DNA of 27,076 nt from positions 1 through 27,076 of IMG/VR virus record IMGVR_UViG_3300037424_000456, one strand, 5' to 3'. Under the pieces are notes generated by a model. The model was not told the origin of the DNA. It saw only the letters and a program-made list of their open reading frames with translations, and ran no database searches. Shown in pieces: positions 7,441 through 15,513 of the stretch; within the stretch, counting starts at the first letter, position 1; each line of letters starts with the position of its first letter. The stretch is from a virus (taxonomy: Duplodnaviria; Caudoviricetes). The translations under genes were made by a program, and so were the position numbers.

Positions 7441-7692
7441 ATGGCCGGTAAAACCGCATTATTTTCCCGCTCCGGATCCTCACACCCGCTGGGCAAGTGT
7501 GATGAACGGCTGGATATCCCGGTGCCATCCGCTTTCAAGGAACAGCTTACCGCCGTCGCCACCATGAACGGTAAGACTGCCGCGGAGTTCGCGCGGGACG
7601 CATTGGAAAAAATAGTTGCCGGTGAATTCGTTTTCATGCGCCGCAGGATGAACGGCGGCAGCGATCCTGGCGATGGGAACAATATCCGATGA
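7441..7692 (+). CDS. Small regulator at the cII position, possibly ribbon-helix-helix
   Basis: ERLDIPVPSAFKEQLTAVATMNGKTAAEFARDAL fits a strand-helix-helix pattern. Lies between cro and the replication gene. Confidence 0.65.
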   Translation: MAGKTALFSRSGSSHPLGKCDERLDIPVPSAFKEQLTAVATMNGKTAAEFARDALEKIVAGEFVFMRRRMNGGSDPGDGNNIR

Positions 7693-7811
7693 ATCGCGGA
7701 ATGGCGTTTTTAACCGCACCTCATTCAGCAATGCTGCTGCCTATCGTCCCCACTATATCTGTGCGCCAGTTCACTTTCGGTACGTTTCCGCACATATGGC
7801 GCTTGGAATGA
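7689..7811 (+). CDS. 40-aa ORF coupled at both ends
   Basis: MNRGMAFLTAPHSAMLLPIVPTISVRQFTFGTFPHIWRLE. ATGA overlaps with both the upstream stop and the replication gene start. Confidence 0.4.
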   Translation: MNRGMAFLTAPHSAMLLPIVPTISVRQFTFGTFPHIWRLE

Positions 7812-8788
7812 GCGTCCACGTCACATCAATCATCTGGCGGCATTACCCCAATCGTGGCGAACTGCTCACGGCGCTGGCGCTCGCCGACATCGCCGACGAT
7901 CGCGGGTATTGCATCTACGCCGACACGTCGATCGAGATAATCGCCGACAAGACGCTGCAGTCCCCGCGGTCTGTCCAGTATCACCTGCAGGCCATGAAGG
8001 CGATCGGCTGGCTGGTGGTGGTGGGGAATGAAACCGGCGGGCGCGGGCTTGCAACCCAATACCGAATTCCTGTCGATCTGGTGCCGCTCGGTGGCGCGGC
8101 ACAAAGGGTGCAAGATTTGCGCCCTTACGAAAACCGGCAGACGACGCTGGACGGTAATGCACAAGATGTTGTGGATTCTGCTTTAAAAAGGGCGCAAACG
8201 GTGCACCCTTCCTCGGATGCTGGAAAGGGTGCAGATCCTGCAGTAAAGGGTGCAATCCACGACGCTAAAGGGTGCAATCTGGAACAACCCCTAACTAGGG
8301 GTACATCTGTACATAAAAAGCACGTTACCCCGGCTGGCGCCGCGCCTCCAGGCGCTTTGCCCGTTTTCCTCGAAATCCCGCTTGTCGCCAAAGGCCAGAC
8401 CCACGCCATCACCGAAGCCAAGGTCGCGGAGTGGCAGGAATCCTACCCCGGCATCGACGTCAAGCAGTCCCTGCGCACCATCCGGCAGTGGAACATCGAC
8501 AACCCAGCAAACCGCAAGACAGCGCGCGGCATCGAGGCGCATATCTCACGCTGGCTGGCCAAAGATCAAAACAGCGCCCGGCCAGGACAGGTGCCGGCAG
8601 CCAAAAAACCGGAACCATTAACCTGCAAGACCCGCGATCCGCGCGGCGAAGTTTGCAGTATGCCGGCCAAGAAGCGACCAGGCGACATCGACGAGTGTGA
8701 CGGCTGTTTTGAAAAACGCATCGCAGCCCGTGGCATGCCGAAGGATGTTCGGGAAAGGCTTGGACTTGAAAAGCGGACGCCGGCATGA
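7808..8788 (+). CDS. Phage replication initiator (O-like; N-terminal winged HTH)
   Basis: Start ATG 7808 (MSVHVTSIIW...LALADIADDRGYC...IADKTLQSPRSVQYHL). C-terminal YPGIDV...W...NP..RKT..G....RWL domain. Internal iterons. Confidence 0.85.
   Translation: MSVHVTSIIWRHYPNRGELLTALALADIADDRGYCIYADTSIEIIADKTLQSPRSVQYHLQAMKAIGWLVVVGNETGGRGLATQYRIPVDLVPLGGAAQRVQDLRPYENRQTTLDGNAQDVVDSALKRAQTVHPSSDAGKGADPAVKGAIHDAKGCNLEQPLTRGTSVHKKHVTPAGAAPPGALPVFLEIPLVAKGQTHAITEAKVAEWQESYPGIDVKQSLRTIRQWNIDNPANRKTARGIEAHISRWLAKDQNSARPGQVPAAKKPEPLTCKTRDPRGEVCSMPAKKRPGDIDECDGCFEKRIAARGMPKDVRERLGLEKRTPA
8103..8276. repeat. Replication origin iterons within the initiator gene
   Basis: AAAGGG(T/C)GCA at 8103, 8187, 8224, 8245 and 8267. 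The first two have an inverted half-site 5 bp downstream (TGCGCCCTT, TGCACCCTT). Confidence 0.8.
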
Positions 8789-9183
8789 CCGCCATCGCCA
8801 AACGCCAGATCGACATTGAATCCCAACGGCAGGAAAAGCGCGACCGCATGCGCGCCGCCATGCCGTTTTGTACCGCGGTCTACGAGGACATGCGCCAGCA
8901 CTTCGGTGAACTGGACTATTTCATTGCAGAGGAGAACGGCCATGCAATCAACATCGGAACCGGAAGTCCTGTCACCGGGGTTGCCGTCAGGCCCACAGAG
9001 CGGGTTGCCACCGTTGAACCAGGCACGCGAAGCCGCAGAGCGTGGGATGACGCAGGCGCTGGAGAAGGCCGAACGCCAGTTGCCGGAGTGGGGGATGCGC
9101 GCGCTCGACTTCTTGAGGCGGTACGCAGCCCAAGAGCCGCGCTTTACCGCGTTCATGGTGGTGGCGAAGGCGGAACTGGATAA
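8785..9183 (+). CDS. Hypothetical phage protein
   Basis: ATGA-coupled to the initiator. The N-terminal part (RAAMP...FG...FIAEENG) looks protein-like; the C-terminal half overlaps the next gene. Confidence 0.6.
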   Translation: MTAIAKRQIDIESQRQEKRDRMRAAMPFCTAVYEDMRQHFGELDYFIAEENGHAINIGTGSPVTGVAVRPTERVATVEPGTRSRRAWDDAGAGEGRTPVAGVGDARARLLEAVRSPRAALYRVHGGGEGGTG

Positions 9184-9376
9184 GACATTCCCGGCGCCGG
9201 CAAATGATAAGGCGTGGGGTCGGGTGTTCCAGGTGGCTGCGCACAATGGCGTCATCAGGAATTCTGGTAGTTACATGCCGCACCCGAAACGCCATGCGTG
9301 CCCGGCAATCGTATGGGAAAGTCTGATCTACGACGACATCGGCGTGATCGGCGACATTCGGGAATTCGTTGCATGA
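8942..9376 (+). CDS. Hypothetical phage protein
   Basis: ATG 8942 preceded by GAGGAG. Contains AWGRVF...RHACPAIVW. Stop overlaps the MTase start. Confidence 0.7.
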   Translation: MQSTSEPEVLSPGLPSGPQSGLPPLNQAREAAERGMTQALEKAERQLPEWGMRALDFLRRYAAQEPRFTAFMVVAKAELDKTFPAPANDKAWGRVFQVAAHNGVIRNSGSYMPHPKRHACPAIVWESLIYDDIGVIGDIREFVA

Positions 9377-10179
9377 CCGATCTGTGCCAATTCTTCACGC
9401 CGGCATGGGTGGCCGAAGCCCTGATCGAGCGGCATTTCCCGCGGTTGGACTGCGCCGATCTGGTGCTGGAGCCGACGTGCGGCAAGGGCGCGTTCCTGCA
9501 GGCGCTGCCGCGTTCCGTGCCGGCGATTGGCGTTGAGATCGACTTGGAGATCGCCGCCCAGGCGCGCGCCGCGACAGGCCGGGAGATCATCACCGGCGAC
9601 TTCCGCACGGTGCCCATCGATTTCCAGCCGACCGCGATCATCGGCAACCCGCCGTTCCGGGCCGACGTGTTCGACGAGATTCTGGACCGCAGCCATGCGC
9701 TGCTGCCCGAGGGGGCGCGGGCCGGGTTCATCCTGCCGGCCTACTTCTTCCAGACCGCGCAGCGCGTGGCGAAGTATGGCGATCGCTGGTCCCTGCTGGC
9801 GGAAATGATGCCGCGCACGGCCTTCCACTACCGCATGCGCACGCCGCTGATGTTCACGGTGTTCAGCAAGGACCGCCGGAACCTGATGATCGGCCTGGCG
9901 CTGTATCGGGAAGCCGCTGACGTGCAGAAGTTCGGCGAACCCTACCGCAGCGCCATCAACGGCATCACGGGATCCGTGTGGCGCGCGGTGTCGCGCATCG
10001 CCCTGCAGCAGTTGGGCGGCGAAGCCGACCTGCAGGACATCTACCGCGAGATTGAGCCGAACCGGCCGACGCGCACGAAGTTCTGGCGCGAGAAGATCAG
10101 GCAGGTGCTGCGGATCAACCCCGCAGACTTCATGCCGTTGGGGCGCGCGCGGTATGCGCTGGCGGGAGCGGGTGGATGA
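9373..10179 (+). CDS. DNA N6-adenine methyltransferase (gamma motif order) with C-terminal winged-helix-like segment
   Basis: QFFTP, LEPTCGKGAF, GVEID, GDF and catalytic GNPPF. Start ATG 9373. Confidence 0.9.
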   Translation: MTDLCQFFTPAWVAEALIERHFPRLDCADLVLEPTCGKGAFLQALPRSVPAIGVEIDLEIAAQARAATGREIITGDFRTVPIDFQPTAIIGNPPFRADVFDEILDRSHALLPEGARAGFILPAYFFQTAQRVAKYGDRWSLLAEMMPRTAFHYRMRTPLMFTVFSKDRRNLMIGLALYREAADVQKFGEPYRSAINGITGSVWRAVSRIALQQLGGEADLQDIYREIEPNRPTRTKFWREKIRQVLRINPADFMPLGRARYALAGAGG

Positions 10180-11171
10180 TCGTGCACGTCGCGTCCATCA
10201 GTTCCGGTAAGGACAGCCAGGCCACCAGCACAATGATGCTGAAACGCTTTGGCCGTCACCGCTGCCGGTTTGTCTGCTGTGACACCGGCAACGAGGACCC
10301 CGCGGTATTCGAGCATATCGCCTACCTGGAGCGAAAGCAGGGCATTAAGGTGGACATTCTCAAGGCCGATTTCACTCAACTGATCGCGGAGCGTCGAATG
10401 TTCGTTGCCCGCGATCAGCGCGTTCGGAAAAGGCTGACCAAAAAGCGCGACAAAGACGGGAAGGTGGTCGAGCGCCGCGTTGTATGGGTGCGCCACACCA
10501 ACAAGGCTAAGCGTCGGATTCTGGAAAACCTACATCCCACCGGGAATCCATTTCTTGACCTGTGTTTGTGGAAGGGCCGTTTCCCGAGTCGTAAAGCGCA
10601 GTTCTGCACCCAGGAATTGAAAACAAACCTGCTCACGGAATACCAGATGACACTGGTAGACCAGGGGCACTGCGTCGTGTCGTGGCAGGGCATCCGGCGT
10701 GACGAGTCGGCGAACCGCAAGGACGCGAAGCTACTTGAATATCTCGGCGGCAGGCTCTGGATTTACCGGCCCATTGTCGATTGGACGGCCCAGCAGACCA
10801 TTGATTACATCCTGCAATCCGGACTGAAACCGAACCCGCTTTATTCAGAGGGGTTCGATCGGGTCGGCTGCATGCCCTGCATCAACTGCGGGAAGAAAGA
10901 TGTCAAGAACATCGCGGCGCGCAAACCCGAGGAAATCGCGCGCATCGCCGAGTGGGAGCGGCGGGTCGGTTTGGCATCGAAGCGCGGCCAGGCATCGTTC
11001 TTCCCGGATCCTGACCGCGACGCGCATCTGGATAAGCGCGGCATCCACAAGGTCGTGCAATGGGCGCACACGTCTAGGGGGGGGCGGCAGTTCAGCCTGA
11101 TACCCGAAGAAGGCGGCGGGTGTTCCAGCAGTTTCGGGTTGTGTGACGTGCCAGCGACGGAGACGGCATGA
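10176..11171 (+). CDS. PAPS reductase (CysH/DndC-like) PP-loop family protein
   Basis: SSGKDS PP-loop, DTG, FCT.ELK, GIRRDES..R, PIVDWT, NPLY..GFDRVGCMPC and C-terminal CSSSFGLC. Confidence 0.92.
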   Translation: MIVHVASISSGKDSQATSTMMLKRFGRHRCRFVCCDTGNEDPAVFEHIAYLERKQGIKVDILKADFTQLIAERRMFVARDQRVRKRLTKKRDKDGKVVERRVVWVRHTNKAKRRILENLHPTGNPFLDLCLWKGRFPSRKAQFCTQELKTNLLTEYQMTLVDQGHCVVSWQGIRRDESANRKDAKLLEYLGGRLWIYRPIVDWTAQQTIDYILQSGLKPNPLYSEGFDRVGCMPCINCGKKDVKNIAARKPEEIARIAEWERRVGLASKRGQASFFPDPDRDAHLDKRGIHKVVQWAHTSRGGRQFSLIPEEGGGCSSSFGLCDVPATETA

Positions 11172-12742
11172 CCTGGCTGAACCGCACCCACTTTGGCGAT
11201 TGCAGGGATTCCATGCGGAAGATGATCGCGGCCGGCGTGCGCGTGAACTGCATCGTGACGAGTCCGCCGTACTGGGGGCTGCGGGACTATGGCACTGCGA
11301 CATGGGAAGGCGGCGACGCGGCATGCGACCACAAGGGTAAGCCAGTCCGCACCACTGCCAATATCAACCGAAATACTGGCACCGGCAACGATGTGAAAAA
11401 CGCATTGAAGCTGCAGTTTTTCAAGGAATTTTGCGGTCTATGCGGTGCGCTTCGTGTTGATTCCCAGATTGGCCTTGAAAACACCCCGGAGGAATATGTT
11501 GAACACCTGGTCGAAGTGTTCAGCTTGGCGCGCGGACTATTGACTGACGACGGTGTGCTTTGGTTGAACCTCGGTGACTCATACGCCAATGATAGTAAAT
11601 GGGGTGGGGCCACAGGCGGGAAGCATGCTGCTGCTCTGCATGGAACCAATGTTGGCCGCGGTCGGCGCACTTCTGGCCTGAAAAGCAAAGACCTCTGCGA
11701 AATCCCCTCCGATGTGGTGCGCGCGCTGCGCGCGGATGGCTGGTGGTTGCGTTCGCGCATGCCGTGGGTGAAGCGCAACGGGATGCCTGAGAGCGCCACA
11801 GACCGGCCGGCAAACTCGGTGGAATACGTGTTCCTGCTGACCAAATCGGAACAGTGCTTTTACGACAATTTTGCCGTGAAGATGCCGCAGGCAGAGCATG
11901 AGCGCACGCGCCGTCTGGCTGAACAGGAACGCGGGCTGACCACGAAATATCAATTGCGGCGCGATAGCCCGCACGGCCAGCACGCGCCTGGCGCCACGGG
12001 TTGCGCGCGATCGGTTGAAGCACGGCAGGCGCTGGCGCAATCAGGTGTGCGCAACTGGCGTACCGGTGACGGCTTTCTATCGACATGGCAAGGCATGGCC
12101 ACCGATGACGGCGGCGACCCGATGGCCTTTGTCGTCAACACCAGGCCATACAAAGGTGCGCACTTCGCCGCATTTCCGCCGTTGCTGATCGAGCCGTGCA
12201 TATTGGCGGGCACGTCGGCGCACGGGCATTGCCAGGACTGCGGTGCTGGCTGGGAGCGCGTCCTTGAAAAAGGTGCGGCCGACTTGGCGCATCAGCAGGC
12301 TTGTGGCGGCGATGCCCAGGGCGAATACCACGGTGATGCGGTAAAGGAATACGCCGGCACTGGCGCGCAGAACGCATCGGCCGTGAAAGCCCGGATTCTC
12401 CAAGGTATGCGCCAGACCAGCACTGTTGGCTGGCGGCCGACATGTATCTGTTACCCGCGCGCTGATGAGTGGGTCGATATCCCGAAACCGAAGAATCCAG
12501 AGTCACCGACCGATTCTGAATTACTCGAAATCGAACGCATCAAGGCGTTGCGCACGGAACTGCTGGCGTTTTACCGACCCATGAAAGTCATAAAGGCTGT
12601 CTTGCTGGATATGTTCGGTGGATCCGGAACCACAGCCCAGGTCGCACAGCAGTTCGGCCGCGACTGGATCCTCTGCGAACTGAACCAAGACTACGAATCA
12701 CTGCAGCAGGACCGGACGCGGCAGATGGGGATGGCGCTGTGA
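11168..12742 (+). CDS. DNA N4-cytosine/N6-adenine methyltransferase (beta motif order) with Cys-rich insertions
   Basis: GDC, catalytic TSPPY near the N-terminus, WLNLGDSY, HFAAFP and C-terminal LDMFGGSGTT...ELN. Confidence 0.92.
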   Translation: MTWLNRTHFGDCRDSMRKMIAAGVRVNCIVTSPPYWGLRDYGTATWEGGDAACDHKGKPVRTTANINRNTGTGNDVKNALKLQFFKEFCGLCGALRVDSQIGLENTPEEYVEHLVEVFSLARGLLTDDGVLWLNLGDSYANDSKWGGATGGKHAAALHGTNVGRGRRTSGLKSKDLCEIPSDVVRALRADGWWLRSRMPWVKRNGMPESATDRPANSVEYVFLLTKSEQCFYDNFAVKMPQAEHERTRRLAEQERGLTTKYQLRRDSPHGQHAPGATGCARSVEARQALAQSGVRNWRTGDGFLSTWQGMATDDGGDPMAFVVNTRPYKGAHFAAFPPLLIEPCILAGTSAHGHCQDCGAGWERVLEKGAADLAHQQACGGDAQGEYHGDAVKEYAGTGAQNASAVKARILQGMRQTSTVGWRPTCICYPRADEWVDIPKPKNPESPTDSELLEIERIKALRTELLAFYRPMKVIKAVLLDMFGGSGTTAQVAQQFGRDWILCELNQDYESLQQDRTRQMGMAL

Positions 12743-12936
12743 AAGAACGTGAATTGGATTTCAGGACACCGTACGAGCGCGTTGCTGACGAACGAGCGGC
12801 AGCGGCGAGCGCGGAAATTCTGGCGATGGCGGAGAGCGCACGCCGGTCTATTGGGCAGTTGACGCGCGCCGACCATTGGCGGCGTCGTGTGAAGGCTGAT
12901 TTGGCGAAGAAAATTCAATCAACGACAAGGAGTTGA
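12739..12936 (+). CDS. Hypothetical protein (65 aa)
   Basis: GTG start overlapping the MTase stop; fills the operon gap. Confidence 0.6.
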   Translation: MKERELDFRTPYERVADERAAAASAEILAMAESARRSIGQLTRADHWRRRVKADLAKKIQSTTRS

Positions 12937-12938
12937 TC

Positions 12939-13301
12939 ATGAGCAATTTGAATATCAGCAGGTTCGGTTCGATGTGGTGCCTCCGTAGAGCCGGTGGCAA
13001 AAAGGCGATTGACACGTTCGGATTGCGGCGCGATGCAATCACTGCTGCGCGCAAACTGGCGAAGAAGGACGAGGTAATTTTTGTTCACAACCGGGCAGGG
13101 GTAGTTGTCATCCGCATCCCCGAATTGAAGCCCAAGGCTGAAATGAAAGTCGCGGCTGTGGTGCATATCAAGAGCGCGGCGAACATGACCAACAAGGGCC
13201 GGCAGGAAATCGCAGCGTGGTTGCGCAAGCAGGCTGCATACCTGGTCAGCCACGGCGCGAAGTTCTCGAACAATTACCGCGGCCGTTACTACTACGCATG
13301 A
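12939..13301 (+). CDS. DUF2188-like N-terminal domain protein
   Basis: AAGGAG RBS. WCLRRAGGKKA...RDAITAARKLAK...FVHNRAG resembles DUF2188. Confidence 0.55.
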   Translation: MSNLNISRFGSMWCLRRAGGKKAIDTFGLRRDAITAARKLAKKDEVIFVHNRAGVVVIRIPELKPKAEMKVAAVVHIKSAANMTNKGRQEIAAWLRKQAAYLVSHGAKFSNNYRGRYYYA

Positions 13302-13326
13302 ACGACCTGGCACGGATGGTGGCGCG

Positions 13327-13809
13327 ATGAGCGCGTTCATAGACAGTCTGCCGCAAAGCATCCTTCGGGATTGGATGCAATCGGCCCTCGGTAAAAAGAT
13401 TGGCGAGGGTATCGGGCGCCAGGTGTTTGTTTATGGATTGAACCCGCAGTTTGTGGTCAAGGTTGAGCAAAGCGGGTTCCAGAACATCGTCGAGCATGAA
13501 TTGTGGGAAGTGGTCAAGGACACGTCGTTTAAGAAGTGGTTTGCCCCGGTAAGAGACATCAGTGGGCTTGGGACAATCCTGCTTATGGAGCGGACGTTGC
13601 CGGCACTACGGAAGGCATATCCGAAACACATGCCTCAGTTCCTCGGGGATTACAAATACTCGAACTATGGGTTACTGCGCGGCAGGCTGGTGTGCCACGA
13701 CTACGGTTCCATGGTCATTGCTACCAACGGAATTAACGGTGCCATGCGCAAGGCCGATTGGTGGGGTCTGAACGATGGCAGCAGTTTCAATGATGTGGTG
13801 CAGGCGTGA
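13327..13809 (+). CDS. Minimal protein-kinase-like fold protein
   Basis: IGEGIGRQVF (Gly loop), VVKVE (Lys), NIVEHELW (helix C Glu), LLMER (hinge), DYKYSNYG (catalytic DxKxxN) and HDYG (DFG equivalent), all in order. Confidence 0.75.
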   Translation: MSAFIDSLPQSILRDWMQSALGKKIGEGIGRQVFVYGLNPQFVVKVEQSGFQNIVEHELWEVVKDTSFKKWFAPVRDISGLGTILLMERTLPALRKAYPKHMPQFLGDYKYSNYGLLRGRLVCHDYGSMVIATNGINGAMRKADWWGLNDGSSFNDVVQA

Positions 13810-14309
13810 TGACCGAAAAAGACTTGATCTACCTGGCTGGTATTCTGGATTTCACCGGGGCTATTTCGATGTCCGAATCAAAATCGGCGAGAGTTATTCC
13901 TTTAATTCGGCTATCCAGCACCAGCCGTCAGAAGATCAACCTGATCGCTGATCTAGGACTGCCGGTTATCTCAAGGGATGGCGTACACATCTTCCAGTTA
14001 TCGCATGGTCCAGCCAAGCAATTGATTGCCGAAGTCCGACCCTACCTGAGACGCAGCGGGCCCGTGGCCGAACGTATCCTTCGTTGGACGCCCGGAACGC
14101 CGGGGCGGAAAAAGACCGACAAAATTCCGTGTCCGAAACAATGCGGCAATTTGATGACGCCGGGATCAAAGACCTGTGCCGAGTGTTTCATCAAAGCCAA
14201 TGCCAAGATCGAACCAAGGCCACGCAAACCGACCGCTGTAGTGTCGTTGACCGGGCAAGGCGAAACCACTCAAACGCCAACCGGTCGCATTCACAGGATG
14301 CGTGGATGA
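13809..14309 (+). CDS. Degenerate LAGLIDADG-like protein with C-terminal Cys4 finger
   Basis: DLIYLAGILDFTGAI resembles YLAG..DGEG.I, followed by ...VRPYLR. C-terminal CPKQCG...CAEC. Confidence 0.6.
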   Translation: MTEKDLIYLAGILDFTGAISMSESKSARVIPLIRLSSTSRQKINLIADLGLPVISRDGVHIFQLSHGPAKQLIAEVRPYLRRSGPVAERILRWTPGTPGRKKTDKIPCPKQCGNLMTPGSKTCAECFIKANAKIEPRPRKPTAVVSLTGQGETTQTPTGRIHRMRG

Positions 14310-14782
14310 GAGCCGAATTCAAAACCCGCAGAATCCGCCTCATCGGTCCCGTGCAGGTTTCTGCCGCACAGTCATTGTTGGGCAACGTACCAATCGACCA
14401 GAAAAAACCGATTGAATGCGTGATCCGCGAGGAACCGACGATCAGATCGCTGGATCAGAACGCGCGTATGTGGGCGGGACCGCTGCGGGATATTGCGGAT
14501 CAGGCATGGTTGAGTGGCCGTCAATTCAACGATGAATTGTGGCACGAACACTTTAAGAAAGAGTTTTTGCCTGACGAAAACAAACTCTCGCCCGATGAGT
14601 TGGCGCTGCGTGTCAAGGATCCCGAAAACTATCGAAAGTTTGGAGTTGACCCAGGTGGGGATCGAGTCTGCATTGGCAGCACAACGCAGCTGACCAAATT
14701 CGGATTTGGCGAATACCTGACGCAGATCGAGGCGGTAGGCGCGGAACTCGGCGTTCAATTCAGTGCGAGTCCAAACGAATGA
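14306..14782 (+). CDS. ninB: NinB-family recombination protein
   Basis: RSLDQNARMWA..LRDIA.Q, WHEHFK and ST..L....F.EYL..IEA.GAE.GV.F. Start ATG 14306. Confidence 0.88.
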   Translation: MRAEFKTRRIRLIGPVQVSAAQSLLGNVPIDQKKPIECVIREEPTIRSLDQNARMWAGPLRDIADQAWLSGRQFNDELWHEHFKKEFLPDENKLSPDELALRVKDPENYRKFGVDPGGDRVCIGSTTQLTKFGFGEYLTQIEAVGAELGVQFSASPNE

Positions 14783-15045
14783 CCGCCAAAGACCACCTGC
14801 AGCGCGTGCGTGATCTCGGTTGCCTGATCTGCCAACAAATGGGATTCGGCGCGACGCCGGCCAGCGCGCACCATTGTTTCGACACAGTAGAGCGCGACGA
14901 CTTTCTGACCGTTCCGCTATGCCCTGAACACCATCAAGGGAAAACCGGCTTCCACGGAATGGGGGAGCGGGCGTTCAACATGACCTACAAGACCACGGAA
15001 TTGAAATTGCTGGCGCAGACATACCGGGAGTTGAATCGTGCTTAA
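14779..15045 (+). CDS. Ref/DUF968-like HNH zinc-binding nuclease
   Basis: LGCLIC...AHH...VPLCPEHH...GFH...E.KLL pattern. Confidence 0.8.
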   Translation: MTAKDHLQRVRDLGCLICQQMGFGATPASAHHCFDTVERDDFLTVPLCPEHHQGKTGFHGMGERAFNMTYKTTELKLLAQTYRELNRA

Positions 15046-15334
15046 CCAACGTGAAAAACCCGGCTGCACACTTGCCCAATTAGAGGCGACCCTTGGTGTT
15101 GGACATCATCCTGATAACAGAATGAGCGGAGGCCAGATCGAGAATTTCAAAGAGGGTTGGGCAAAGGACATTATGGGCGGTGACAAGGCGCATTACTTCA
15201 AGCGCGACGGTTTCGACCGGGCAAAGTCGCTGTGTCATCTGGAGTCCGCAGTGCGCTGGCTGTACGGGCGCGGGAACTTTCCGCACTGCCAAACCTGTTT
15301 ACGGGGCACCAGAAAAATGCGGATGGCCGCATGA
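15038..15334 (+). CDS. Hypothetical protein (98 aa)
   Basis: Operon-coupled ORF with H..C..CxxC residues. Confidence 0.6.
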   Translation: MLNQREKPGCTLAQLEATLGVGHHPDNRMSGGQIENFKEGWAKDIMGGDKAHYFKRDGFDRAKSLCHLESAVRWLYGRGNFPHCQTCLRGTRKMRMAA

Positions 15335-15513
15335 AAGACTTGCCATACGTGACGCATTACGAAGAATTGAACACGCTGGCAGGCGATCGAGTTGTTCGTT
15401 TTCTCGTTCATCGTCACGGGCGAGCAAAGTACTGTTGTTTCACGAAACGACCCCGTGAGGAGTTGAAGAAAATCGCGCGTGGCGTTTATAAGCACATCTG
15501 GGTGGCGGCATGA
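15331..15513 (+). CDS. Hypothetical protein (60 aa)
   Basis: ATG 15331 (MKDLPYV), with ATGA overlaps at both ends. Confidence 0.6.
   Translation: MKDLPYVTHYEELNTLAGDRVVRFLVHRHGRAKYCCFTKRPREELKKIARGVYKHIWVAA

Noticed and set aside
6671-7528. 285-aa minus-strand ORF across the switch region
   Set aside because: Overlaps cro, the second HTH gene and the cII-position gene, and its sequence is not protein-like.
8103-8276. Repeats as a CRISPR array or coding VNTR
   Set aside because: 10-bp units inside the initiator gene match lambdoid ori iterons.
9373-12742. Restriction-modification or complete Dnd/BREX system
   Set aside because: No cognate endonuclease, ATPase, cysteine desulfurase or PglZ gene is visible; the genes lie inside the lytic early operon.
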